From: the human T2T-CHM13v2.0 reference genome, Homo sapiens
Direction: 5' to 3' (one strand)
NCBI RefSeq assembly: GCF_009914755.1
Contig: NC_060930.1
DNA length: 64,000 bases
Position numbers and translations under genes: made by a program
In this document: positions 27,405 through 38,699 of the stretch, in pieces
Layout: the number at the start of each line of letters is the position of its first letter
Numbering within the stretch: the stretch's first letter is position 1
The notes under the pieces: model-generated
What the model was told of the DNA's origin: nothing
Database searches by the model: none
Seen by the model: only the letters and a program-made list of their open reading frames with translations

Positions 27405-29410
27405 AAGTGGCAGTGGTTGTCTGCAAAGAGGTTGCACAGAGGAAATTTTAGGATAAAGGAAACATTCTGTGTGGTCCTGGGGGGATGATACACTACTATA
27501 CATATCAAAATTCCTAGAATTATACATAGAAAGTAAAGTTTAATGTATGCAACCTAAAAGAAAAATCCTAACAAGTAACTTTGGTAAATGAAATTTTTAC
27601 TAGAAATTGTAAGACTGCAGAAAAAGAACTAGACATAAACACCGTACTCTAGTTGGTATTTTTTTTTTTGCACAGGCTTATGGGTTAACAATTCTAAAAG
27701 TGCTTTACATGTATACTGAGGTTGAACAAATATGTAAATGGCTTTTGGGTGTGGGGGCCAGGTTTCTCACTGTTAGAGAAGGAAGTCACTGATAAATAAG
27801 AAAAAAGGTCCATAATGAGCTCCACACTGCTGGAGTAAAATTGGACACATTGGTATAAACTAATGTTTAGCTTACTAAAGCTAAATATTGGATAAATATA
27901 TCCAATATAAATATATCCAATTTATTGGATAAATATATCCAATAAATATATCCAAATATTGGATAAATATAGAAACAATTATAGATATACAGATTAGTAT
28001 ATTTTACCTAGCGCTATCTTCTGAGAGGTTCTAGAAACCATGACACCCACTAGCAATGAGCACACTGCACATTCAGATCTTTCTTGGTTTCTAAATATTG
28101 TTTTCTAATAAAAGCAACAGGTTTCTTGGAGAAATGGCTGATTCTGGGACCAGGACAGGAAAAATACAAGATGAGCCTGGAATATCTTTTAGTACCAGAA
28201 AGTAAAAAAAGTGATTAAAAAGCAAAAGGATGGGGGCATGTCAAAGAGACATAGGAAGCAACCTGATAGAGCGCTCAGTGGCCCGCAATGGAACAATTTG
28301 AACAACAAAGGGATATAGTATTAGATTGTAATCCAAAGTATATACATGAATCTATCCTGACATGGATAAATGACAGAATAAAGAAATAAATGAGGAAAAG
28401 AAACAACTGTTTCTTACAGAAGAATTTCAAATAACATATGTAGATACTCCCCAGTACAAGAAGTGAAGTTTAATTCCTTCTACCTGCTAGGGCATTCTAG
28501 GCTTTGTAGCTTATTTCCAAAGAATAGAGAAAAAAGCAGGAAAAGTGATAGGTTTACTAAGAAGAATCCTGGCGAAAGCCCCCTTACCAAACTGATAAAG
28601 GTTAATGTCACTGTAATGTCATCTAGATGTCACATACACCCTGATATAATGGGATGCACCTTTGTTGCATGATTTCAAAAATTCATAACCTTAGTGTGAT
28701 GGTCAGGTTTATGTGCCAACTTAGGCTCAGCAACAATACTCAGTTACTCAATCAAACATGAATTTAGGTGTTGCTGTGCAGAGACTTTGCAGATGTGTTT
28801 AGCCTGTATAATCAGTTTAAGCAAAAGAGATTATCCTAAAAAATCTGAATGAAAAGAAGTGAGATTTTCCTGAGGAAGCAGAAATTCTGGACTGCAGATT
28901 CAATGCCTGCCTGAAAGTTTCCAGCCTACCTTTTCTGATGGCCTGTCCAGCAGATTTTGGTCTTACTGAGCATGTCCCATAAGCCAAGTTCTTGCCATCT
29001 ATCCATCTATGTATTGATCGATCTATCCATTCTAGCTCTTTTTCTCTGGTGAATATGAACCCAGATTGGAAAACATTCTACAGACTACTTGCCAGTCCCC
29101 CTCAAGACTTTCAAAGACATAAGAAACAAAGGAAGACAGAAAGTGTAGAAGTCCAGGAGACTTAGGAGGTGTGACTTTCAAACATACTATGGTACCCTGG
29201 ATTGAATTCTGGAACAGAAACAGAGCATTAATGGGAAAAAAAACGGTGGAACACGAATTAAGTTTAGGGTTTAGTAATATACTAACATTTATTTCATATA
29301 CCATGATAAAATAAGATGATAAAAATGGATAAAACTGGGTAAGTGATATATGAGAACTCTTTGTACTGTCTTTGAAACATTTTAGCAAATATAAAATTTT
29401 TCCAAAAGGA
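27405..29410 (+). mobile_element. L1MC/MD-type 3' UTR, interrupted by an MLT2 LTR
   Basis: GCCAGGTTTCTCACTGTTAGAGAAGGAAG; TTGGAGAAATGGCTGATTC; CAAGATGAGCCTGGAA; GAATTCTGGAACAGAAA; GAACTCTTTGTACTGTCTTTG. Confidence 0.7.
28695..29060 (+). mobile_element. MLT2 (MLT2D-like) ERVL LTR
   Basis: TGTGATGGTCAGGTTTATGTGCCAACTT...AATCAAACATGAATTTAGGTGTTGCTGTG...CTTTTTCTCTGGTGAA. Confidence 0.7.
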
Positions 29411-29438
29411 AAAGGTTTTGTTTGATTGTTTTTTGTGA

Positions 29439-29701
29439 TTTTTTTTTTTTTTTTAAGAGAGCGTCTCACTCTGTCGCCCAGGCTGGAAGGCAGTGATACC
29501 AACATGGCTCAGTGAAGCCTCAGCCTCCTGGGCTCAAGTGATCCTCTCACCTAAGCCTCCTGAGTAGGTGGGACCACAGGTGTGTGTCATTGTGTTCAGC
29601 TAATTAAAAAAACAATTGTAGAGATGGGGTCTCACCATGTTGCCCAGGCTGGTATCAAACTCCTGGGCTCAGGCAGTCCTTCTGCCTCAGCATCCCAAAG
29701 T
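29439..29701 (-). mobile_element. Alu (AluJ-like), 5' end lost
   Basis: T tract, then GTCTCACTCTGTCGCCCAGGCTGG...CTCCTGGGCTCAAGTGATCCTC...CCCAAAGT. Confidence 0.9.
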
Positions 29702-29853
29702 TTTTTGGGCCTAGCCAAAAAAGTTTTTCATGTACATGAAAAATTACATCTATCTGTCTCTATGTCTCTATCTTTGTATTTCTATGTATCTATATGCCTA
29801 TCTGTCTGTCTATAAACAGGCATAAGGACAAATGCCAATCATTTGGAAAAGAC

Positions 29854-30841
29854 TGTCAATAATTATTAGGCAAATAGAAATGGCTTGATATAAAATCTTC
29901 AGGCTTCAGCTCATTTCAAGCCTTGGTTCCATATCACAAACCATATTATCTAACAAAAATGAACTATACTTTATACCTCTCTTCTCCCATACCCATTTGG
30001 TGACTTTAGACCTAAGGTATGAACAAAATATATATCTGGGCACCCTCTTTACATCTCAGGCGACACTTGGTGAGTCAGTTTCTGCAACCCAGGAAGATAA
30101 TGAAAAGCTCAGAAAGCAAGTGGCCATGTTTTACATCACTAATTCTGAAGAAGAGCTCAGAACAACAACAACTAAACATCCAAATCAATAATGTTCTCCT
30201 GAGCTGAAGAAAGACATGTGCATGCACTAAAAGCCGAAACTATTAATATCTACACCCACACCATTCCTGTTTACATTAACATGGCTTTATTATTCCCAGA
30301 AACTCCTGCTCTGGAAGGTAAAAATTGCAAATGACTTTTATTGTCTGCAAATAATTTTATTGATTACTCCAGAAACTTCCTGAGAGACCCACCAACTCTT
30401 CAACAGGAAGCAAATGTTATATCCCGAGATATTTCTTTCATCCTCCAATTTATTTGATAATGTGGGGAAATTTGAATACTTATATTTAATGATATTAAAA
30501 ATATTATCTTTTAGGAATGATAATGCTATTGTGGCTCATTTTTTTCCCAAAACATTTTGAACCTTTCTCTTCAAAATCCTCTCCTTCCTATGCCTACCAA
30601 TGCTATATTATTCTATCATGATCCTTACCCAATCCTAATCAAACCTCTTCCTTTCCTCCTTCCCGTTAAAAGACCTATGTTAAGCCAGACTTCAGAATCT
30701 CATAAATATCTTTGTGCTTCTTCTTCAGAGGTGCTGTTAACACTGGGAGTAGTGCTTTCTCTTATTGAGGTAAGCAATAAACTCAGCTCTGTCTTATTAA
30801 CAGGTTGATTTGGTGATATTTTAGAAAGCTAGTATTCAACA
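29854..30841 (+). mobile_element. Probable old ERV1-class LTR (MER67-like)
   Basis: TGTCAA...TCAACA termini; GCAATAAACTCAGCTCTGTCTTATTAACAGG poly(A) signal/U5-like end. The family call is from memory only. Confidence 0.4.
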
Positions 30842-31057
30842 GTGGGTTGAAAAACGTCACTGTATTCCAGGAAGAATACAATGAAAATACAATGAAAACA
30901 TATCTCCATCTGATCACAGAATAAAAAATATTGAACTACATAGATTAAAATGCTTTATAAGTATCTAAGTTGACAAAAGTAATTGGCCTTTCAAGGAGAA
31001 AAATTCAGTTTTGTCACATGTTGTCCAATGCAAAATGAATGCCAAAAAAATATTGAA

Positions 31058-31297
31058 AGCTGGGCATGGTGGCTCACGCCTGTAATCCCAGCACTTTGAG
31101 AGGCTAAGGTGGGAGGATCACTTGAGCACAGGAGTTCAAGTCTAGCCTCTCTCTCTAAAAAAAAAAAAAAGCAGGTGGTCCCAGCAACTTGGAGGCTGAG
31201 GCAAGAGGATTGCTTAAGCCCAGGAGGCTGAGCAAGCCATGATTGTACCACTGAACTCTAGCCTGGGTAATGGAGTGAGACCCTATCTCCAAAAAAC
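31058..31297 (+). mobile_element. Alu (AluJ-like) with several internal deletions
   Basis: GCTGGGCATGGTGGCTCACGCCTGTAATCCCAGC...GGATTGCTTAAGCCCAGGAGGCTGAG...GTGAGACCCTATCTC. Confidence 0.88.
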
Positions 31298-31849
31298 AAA
31301 AGGGTATAAAAAGTTCTGTAACCTAAGAATTTTATCATCCTATCATTCAGATAATAGAATGGTAATTTCAGATTTTATTAAGAAAATATTGTCTACTTTT
31401 TTGAAAAATTATTAGTGATACCATTCAACAGAATGAGGGATAAAGCACAGAAGTATTAAAAAAATTTTATTGAAATCTGTTAGAGAAAAATTGAAAATAC
31501 TTTCATTGTTACAATTAAAGTTTCAAAAATTTATTCTTGAAAATGTATATCATGCAAAATTAATAATTTAATAATAATGCAACAATAATAATTTATATCA
31601 AATATATCAAACTAAATTAACAAAGGCTGAAAAATGGAGTTGGAAACTGTATAGTAAAGGAATCAAAATATGAAAAAGTAAGTAACTTATATAAATGAGA
31701 CCTAAAATAAAATTTTTCATTTGGAACTGGCATTTAAATAAATACATCTTTAAAAGCTTTTGTAAAAAGAAATACCATTAGAATAAAAGGTAAGAAAAAT
31801 ACTTTCCAAAATTTGAGTAGGGCATAAAGTGGGGTGAACAGAAGTAAGC

Positions 31850-33285
31850 AAGTTGAAAATGAATTTGGTAGAGGTGAGCAGAGGCCATGTCATAAAGGAC
31901 AATGCAAGCCATATCACTGTGTTTGAACTCTAATGATGCAAGTTTTGTTTAAGAAAACTTGGAGTAAGAATAGATACAGTATGACTAGTTAAAAGAGCAT
32001 GGAAGTAATCCAGTTGAAAAATGGTGGTGGCCTGGACTAGGACATTGGCAATGGTGATGGAAAGAAGTGGAAGGCTTTGCAAGATATAAGAAGATTAAAG
32101 TAGATGTGCTTGTCAATTGATTGGTTGGCAGGGTTGAAGTGGATAGAAGAATCGGGGTTTCTGATCTGATATCAGTGGATGATAGAGCCATTCACTGAGA
32201 TTGGTGGTTGGTGGGGAATGAAAACTGAAGTCTGGGCTGGAGATTGTCTATCAGTTACATATACATTCAATTGTTCTACAACTAGCAAATGAACACTTGT
32301 GTTAATTAGATACCCTGCTAGACTCTGAGAAGACCACGATAAGTAAGAAAGACACAATTCATGTTATTGCAGGATTTATGGTTTATCTCAGAGCTTAAGA
32401 GAAATTTGAATGTGATGACTACTTTTCTCAGAATTATCAGGAGTGCTTGTTAAAACACTAAATTTGTCCCCACCTTTGTCTACTAGATCGAATTTTCCAG
32501 TTGATTCTTACAGTAAGATTTGAAATCCACTAATTTATATAACTGAAACCTTTCACTTGTGACATCACTAAAACGAAGTGAAGAGAAGGAACACACCACC
32601 AGTGTTTATCAGAAGCCCAGAGGAAGAGCAGTTTATAAAAGACACTGAGAATTGATGGCCCAACATTTAAGAAGAAAACTAGAGTTTGTGTTGTGTTGGA
32701 AGACTAGAGAAAGGAACCGTTAATGTAGGAAAGTTTGTTTAACATTAAAACTGCTACCAAAGAGTCACTAAGATGAGATCTAAAATATACTCACTGAATT
32801 TTGTCACTCTAGTGAGAGCAAGGTGAGCAATTTTGAAGTGGTAGGTGAGGAAGCAAATACCATACCAAGAGCTAGCAATGCATCCAAGAAACCTGGGAGG
32901 AAAAGGGTCAAGAGAGAGTAGTAACCAGAATCTCAAGGGAGTTTGAGGGATAATTGTTTAAAAAAGAGAACTGAATATGACATTCTGATAGGAAAAAGAA
33001 ACTGAAGAAAAAACAGTGAGAGGAGAGTGTTTTAAAAAAATTTCAAAGAAAGTCTTGTGGGATAAGATAAAGAACACAGGGTCTAATATAGATCTAATAA
33101 GATTTAGTAAGATCTAATAAAACAGGCAGTAAGAAAGGAAGAAAGGATGTGGTTCTGTTTGGAAGAGAAGAGTAATCTTGAAGAGTGCAGGCACCTGTCT
33201 CTCTTCATCTCTTTATAAACAGTACCTGTTATTGTGCCTGGCAGACAGCATACCCTTAATCAATACTTATTAAATGAATGAATGA
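31850..33285. mobile_element. Cluster of decayed L2 fragments (mostly minus; a plus-strand 3' end at about 33170-33285)
   Basis: GGTGGCCTGGACTAGG...GGCAATGGTGATGGAAAGAAGTGG; GCCATTCACTGAGAT; GTGCCTGGCAGACAG...AATACTTATTAAATGAATGAATGA. Confidence 0.6.
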
Positions 33286-33901
33286 TTAGGGAAGCGGTCA
33301 GTAGTTCATCTTCAATTTCTCTGTAAAATATTAGTTAAAAATCTATGATAAGTAAAGGAGAGGGTGATGGGGTCAGAGACTGATCAGAGTGAAGAAGCAT
33401 TGGAACAGTTTCTGTAGGGAAAAAATGAGACAAAAAAGTTGCAGGAGACCATGGAATCTCAGTAGCATCTGTTGCACAGAGGTTGATTTTCTCCATCAGC
33501 ATCCACAGAAGATGAAGAAAGCAATTAGGTTTGTCCATTTTTTCCAAGGACCTAGTTTACAGTTAGGATAGGTCTTTGTTATCTTCTGCTGCCTGAGAGA
33601 TTTCTCCATTAAACTCAAGATGCGCCCTCTCCTGCAGTACTGTCTTGAGCTTGTAATGAATATTCCACCTAGAGACACACCTCACCAAGGTGTGTTCTAC
33701 TTCCTGATAATCACGGGCTTATTCCATTCCACCTGTCCTTTTGGTCATGACACTGTTCTGGGTGACATAAACCTAGTTCTGGTATCCCTGAGACCCCATT
33801 TTCTCCATAACAGCTTCCCCAGTGGGACATACCATCTGAACACGTTCTGTCAGAATCCCAAGTGTCTTTCCAACTTCCCTTCTTGTCATCAATTGATTTA
33901 A

Positions 33902-34128
<227 letters not shown>

Positions 34129-35989
34129 CTGGATTAGCAAAACTGTTGTATGATTTTTTGTTTCTCTTAATGAAGCCTGCTTAATCCTCATTGCATAGTG
34201 TTTTCACCATTCATCCAGAACACATACATCAGATCCAAGGGCCAAGTTGCAGCTAGGTTATATAATGCCTTCGTGCAAATAACAAAACAATGCCTCTTCT
34301 AAGCAGGTCAATTAGGGAAAACAAAAGCATATTCCTGTGAGCCAATGCAGCACCAGGAAACATTTGGAAGAACAGGTGGTACATTTGTGTCGAAAAAGAG
34401 GTGCTCTTTTGGGAAAGAGCAACTGCCAGGCAGGGTAGCTATGGTTAGTTAGTGGAACAGAGGTGGGACTTGGGCCCCATTTATCACTGTGGCTGGAGCC
34501 TGTGGGCAGAGTGGAGGCCCTCATGCTTCAGAAACTGACTCATACAAAGTTTCATATAGATGAAAGGGTGATGAGGTAACAGCCACAATGCATCCACAGA
34601 AAAGGTCATTTTCGTGTACTGAATTTAGGTCATTATTTAAATACAAAGATAAGGAGTCTTTTGCTTTCAATTATATGTCCTTTGTAAAAAAAAAAAATGA
34701 AAATGACAACATGGCACTTTTGTAGTCTTAGTGCCATGCACCACTTCTGTTTTATCCTTGTTTAAATTACTAAACTGAATGTTTTTGTTTATAAACGTGA
34801 GAGGAAAGGGAAAAGCCAAAATATTGCACAACTAAAAAAGCCCATTGTTCTGAATAATAAAACTGCCAGAGAAGGTAAATTGTGCTTCAGTGCATGAATT
34901 TATTTAAAGAAGATAAAAGACTTTGTTTCCTCAAACTCTCTGATAGAGACACTAAATCAAACCCCAAATCTGAAGTAGCAGATATTAGATGTCAGATGCA
35001 TGGGTCATTCATTCATCTCCCCCTTTCCTTGCTATAACTCAGCTCAGAACAAGGGAAAAAGAGTCAGCTGTAATTAAGATGCAAAGACTAAATCTCAATC
35101 CTCTGGGCGCTGACGGCAGTGTCTGAGGTAGCAGTCTCTGAAGTATTTGTGCATGACTGAAGAAACCTTATGATGGGGAAAGATTTGAAGGCAGGGGGCA
35201 GTGGATAAGGTAAGATATAATATGATTTTTTTCCCCATTAATCTCTTATTTTTCCCTCCAGATGCAGGTCCAAAGCCTGTGGGAGAATTTTTTTGCAAAT
35301 ATGATGAAAAATGACTCTACTTCCCTTCAACTTTGATATTTTGGAAATTGGGTCTATAAAGACTAAATATTGTGATGAACCTTTTAGTTACAGTGTTTCA
35401 ATTGATTCCAGATTAAGTGAAACCCTCTAAGGCCTGAATTGATGGGTTTATTTTGGGACTGTCCTAAAATCCAAATCTTTATAATTCCCAAACTGCATGA
35501 GTCTTATGCTTACATTGTGTCCCCTCTAAATGGGGAGGAACAATTTAGGCCCCAAACAGGCATTCTTTTTCCAGTGCAATACCAATTCAATTTCAACCAT
35601 CTGAAAAATTACTCAATTAAAGTCTATTTTCTGAATGCAAGTGATTGCCCATCCTGGAATAGCTCTCCTTGTCTGCGGCCTTTTCTGCAGAGTAGCTGAT
35701 AAGGGGCTGGCTGGGCTGACAACATGTATGTGTACAAACTTGCACACTAGAGTAATGATCCTAGGGATACCTCTGTACTCAGGAACTTTGTGTTGATGTT
35801 GGATAATCCTTGGGTGTTTGAGGGTTTTTTTTTTAATTACATTGTTCATGAATTCATTATATATTTGTTTAAGGCACACACTAAATTTTAAATATCTGAA
35901 ATGACTAATTTACAAAATTCATTTCTGAAGCCAGAATTGGGTGAGGAGTTAAATTCAATCTTTCATAAAAACATAATGAACACCTGCTG

Positions 35990-36950
35990 CGTTAAGCAGG
36001 GGAACTAGAATGAATAGGACACAGCCTCGGTCTTGAGAAGTATACATTCTAGTTGGAGGACTGAGAAAAGAATACAAATAATTACAATATAAAGCAGGTG
36101 AGGATGAGCGTTTAGGAGTACAAAGTGAAGTGAGTTCATAGGAAGGGGTTCTCATCCATTTGAAACTACAAAGTATTTCTATGGAACTTTGAAATTTAAG
36201 ATTGCCTTGAAAGATGAGTTGAATTTGACAGAATAAAATATTATGCACATAAGGAATAATATAACAAAGGCACAGAGAGGAAAAGACTGCATAGCAAATG
36301 GTTATTTTTTGGCTGGAGAATGGGGCTCATACGAAAGAACATCGGGCATTAAAGCCAGAATGCACTTTAACCTGGGAGCAGTGTAGACTAAATTGGAGTG
36401 AAGAAAGAAATGAATGTGAAGGTGGAGGGTGGAGCTGGTTCAGGGAAGAGACCAGAACAATAACCCTAGGGAGGTAAAGAGGAATTTAGCTAAGGTGGTA
36501 ATAGTGGGGAAAGAAAAGAAGGGATGAATATGAAAAACTTTCTGAAGGACTGCTTGCTGGGAACTGTTAACACCTTAGATGTGGTGAATAGGGAGAGAAA
36601 GAGACCACTGGTGGCTGAGAATGAGCCTAGTACTAACAGAGTGGTGTTGCCTGAAGACAGAGATAGGAAAGTCAAGAGGAAGAATTGGGGGTGGAGAAAC
36701 CAACATTTTTGTTGAGATTTAGTTTATTTGAATACTTGGGATAGCCAGGAGTTAAGGAGATACCTTTTAGTCATACACATCCACATGTCAAAGCCATCAC
36801 ATTGCAGCTGTGGGTATACATTTGGGTGCCATGCGCTTAATGATGGAAGTTTAGATGGGAAGATGTTGGGCATTATGAAAGAGAAAAGCAAGGGAAAGAG
36901 TAAAGGCCAAAGAGAGTATCAGGTTGTCAGAATATCAAATTTTGCAGACA
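35990..36950 (-). mobile_element. Decayed L2 segment
   Basis: TACATTCTAGTTGGAGG; CCTTGAAAGATGAGT; CAAAGGCACAGAG; TTGAGATTTAG. These are L2-like motifs in the expected order. Confidence 0.5.
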
Positions 36951-37140
36951 AGTGGGCAACAAAGCTAGTTTTGGGTGCTTGGGTGATCACTGGCAACATT
37001 AAGGAGAACTTTTAGTCTAATGCTGGGAGTAGGGTCCAGAAATAAAAGTCCCAGGTGAGGCAAAAATAATGAGAGAGAGAGAGAGACTGAGCTCTCCATC
37101 TGGTGTGGTTGATTTTGTGACTTGAACTGTGATGTGCTCT

Positions 37141-37270
37141 TAGGGTGGCCAGATTGAGTTAAGCTGACCAACCATCCCAGTTTGCCCGGGACAGTCCCGT
37201 TTTAGCACGAAAAATCTGCATCCCAGGAATCTCCCTAGTTCTGGGCAAGCTGGGATGGTTTGTCACCCTA
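37141..37270. mobile_element. MER81 (hAT-Blackjack MITE)
   Basis: TAGGGTGGCCA...CCCAGTTTGCCCGGGACAGTCCCG...GGGATGGTTTGTCACCCTA, with terminal inverted repeats. Confidence 0.75.
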
Positions 37271-37461
37271 CAATTCTTAGGGCAACATACGGCGCTTAGT
37301 AGGTTTTCAGTAAGTATTTGTTGAGTGAATGAAAAAAAGAAAAAAAAAACAGAGACAGATTAACCTCTCTGGGGCTAAGTTCCTTAAATTTGTAAAATGA
37401 GGTTAGAAATATCTGTAATAGCCAGCACATGAGGTTATTTTGACAACCAGATGAAATAATG

Positions 37462-37597
37462 TTTCATGCGCGTCCGTGTGAAGAGACCACCAAACAGGCT
37501 TTGTGTGAGCAACAAAAAACGGCACCAAATTTCATGCGCGTCCGTGTGAAGAGACCACCAAACAGGCTTTGTGTGAGCAACAAAAAACGGCACCAAA
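37462..37597 (-). repeat. Two extra 68-bp units (LTR-terminal 53 bp + oligo-A/T + 9-nt PBS fragment + AA) appended to the 3' LTR
   Basis: TTTCATGCGCG...GAGCAACA-AAAA-ACGGCACCA-AA repeats with period 68 (starts at 37462, 37530 and 37598). Confidence 0.97.
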
Positions 37598-38050
37598 TTT
37601 CATGCACGTCCGTGTGAAGAGAACACCAAACAGGCTTTGTGTGAGCAACATGGCTGTTTATTTCACCTGGGTGCAGGCGGGCTGAGTCCGAAAAGAGAGT
37701 CAGCAAAGGGAGATAAGGGTGGGGCCGTTTTATAGGATTTGGGTAGGTAAAGGAAAATTACAGTCGAAGGGGGTTTGTTCTCTGGTGGGCAGGAGTGGGG
37801 GTCGCAAGATGCTCAGTGGGGGTGCTTTTTGAGCCAGGATGAGCCAGGAAAAGGACTTTTACAAGGTAATGTCATCAGTTAAGGCAAGGACCGGCCATTT
37901 ACACTTCTTTTGTGGTGGAATGTCATCAGTTAAGGTGGGGCAGGGCATATTCACTTCTTTTGTGATTCTTCAGTTATTTCAAGCCATCTGGGCTTATATG
38001 TGCAAGTCACAGGGGATGCGATGGCTTGGCTTGGGCTCAGAGGCCTGACA
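37598..38050 (-). mobile_element. HERV-H 3' LTR (LTR7)
   Basis: Minus strand TGTCAGGCCTCTGAGCCCAAGCC...GCATGAAA; AATAAA at 37662-37657. Confidence 0.97.
37657..37662 (-). terminator. Poly(A) signal of the HERV-H 3' LTR
   Basis: GGTGAAATAAACAGCC on the minus strand, at the canonical LTR7 R position. Confidence 0.8.
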
Positions 38051-38063
38051 TTCCTGCCTTCTT
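38051..38063 (-). other. Polypurine tract (PPT)
   Basis: AAGAAGGCAGGAA directly abuts the TGTCAGG start of the 3' LTR. Confidence 0.85.
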
Positions 38064-38699
38064 ATATTAATAAGAAAAATAAAACAAAATAGTGTTGAAG
38101 TGTTGGGGCGGCGAAAACTTTTGGGGGGTGGTATGGAGAGAGAATGGGCGATGTTTCTCAGGGCTGCTTCAAGCGGGATTAGGGGCAGCGTGGGAACCTA
38201 GAGTGGGAGAGATTAAGCTGAAGGGAGGTCTTGTGGTAAGGGGTGATATTGTGGGGATGTTAGAAGAAACATTTGTCTTATAGAATGATTGGTGATGGCC
38301 TGGATACATTTTTGTATGAATTGAAAAACTAAATGGAATAACAGAAGGAGAAAAACAGGTATAAAAGGTCTAAGAATTGGGACGACTCAGGATATCTGAT
38401 TAGAGAGTGCCTAAGGAGATTCAGCATAGTCCTGCCAGCAAAGATTATTTATTTACTTCAAGAGTTAAGAGTGGCAGTTTGGGGATAGCACCAGGAGATA
38501 TCAGCTGTGATGGCTTGGAAAAACAGTGTAAACTGGCAGTGTAAACAAGAGCAGGGCATGTTTGAGTAGTTGAGAACGGTGAATAGGAGTATGACTAGAC
38601 AGAAAATAGTAGGGATGACAAGTTTTTGTTTTTTTTTTTTTTTTTTTTTTTGAGGCACAGTCTAAGTTGGTCTTGTGTCTGGAATGAGACTGGGGCCTA

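Noticed and set aside
29032-29505. 157-aa minus-strand ORF
   Set aside because: Spans Alu and antisense L1M sequence; chance ORF.
37462-37650. CRISPR-like repeat/spacer appearance of the 68-bp units
   Set aside because: The spacers are identical and tRNA/PBS-derived, the repeats are LTR sequence, there are no cas genes and the context is eukaryotic.
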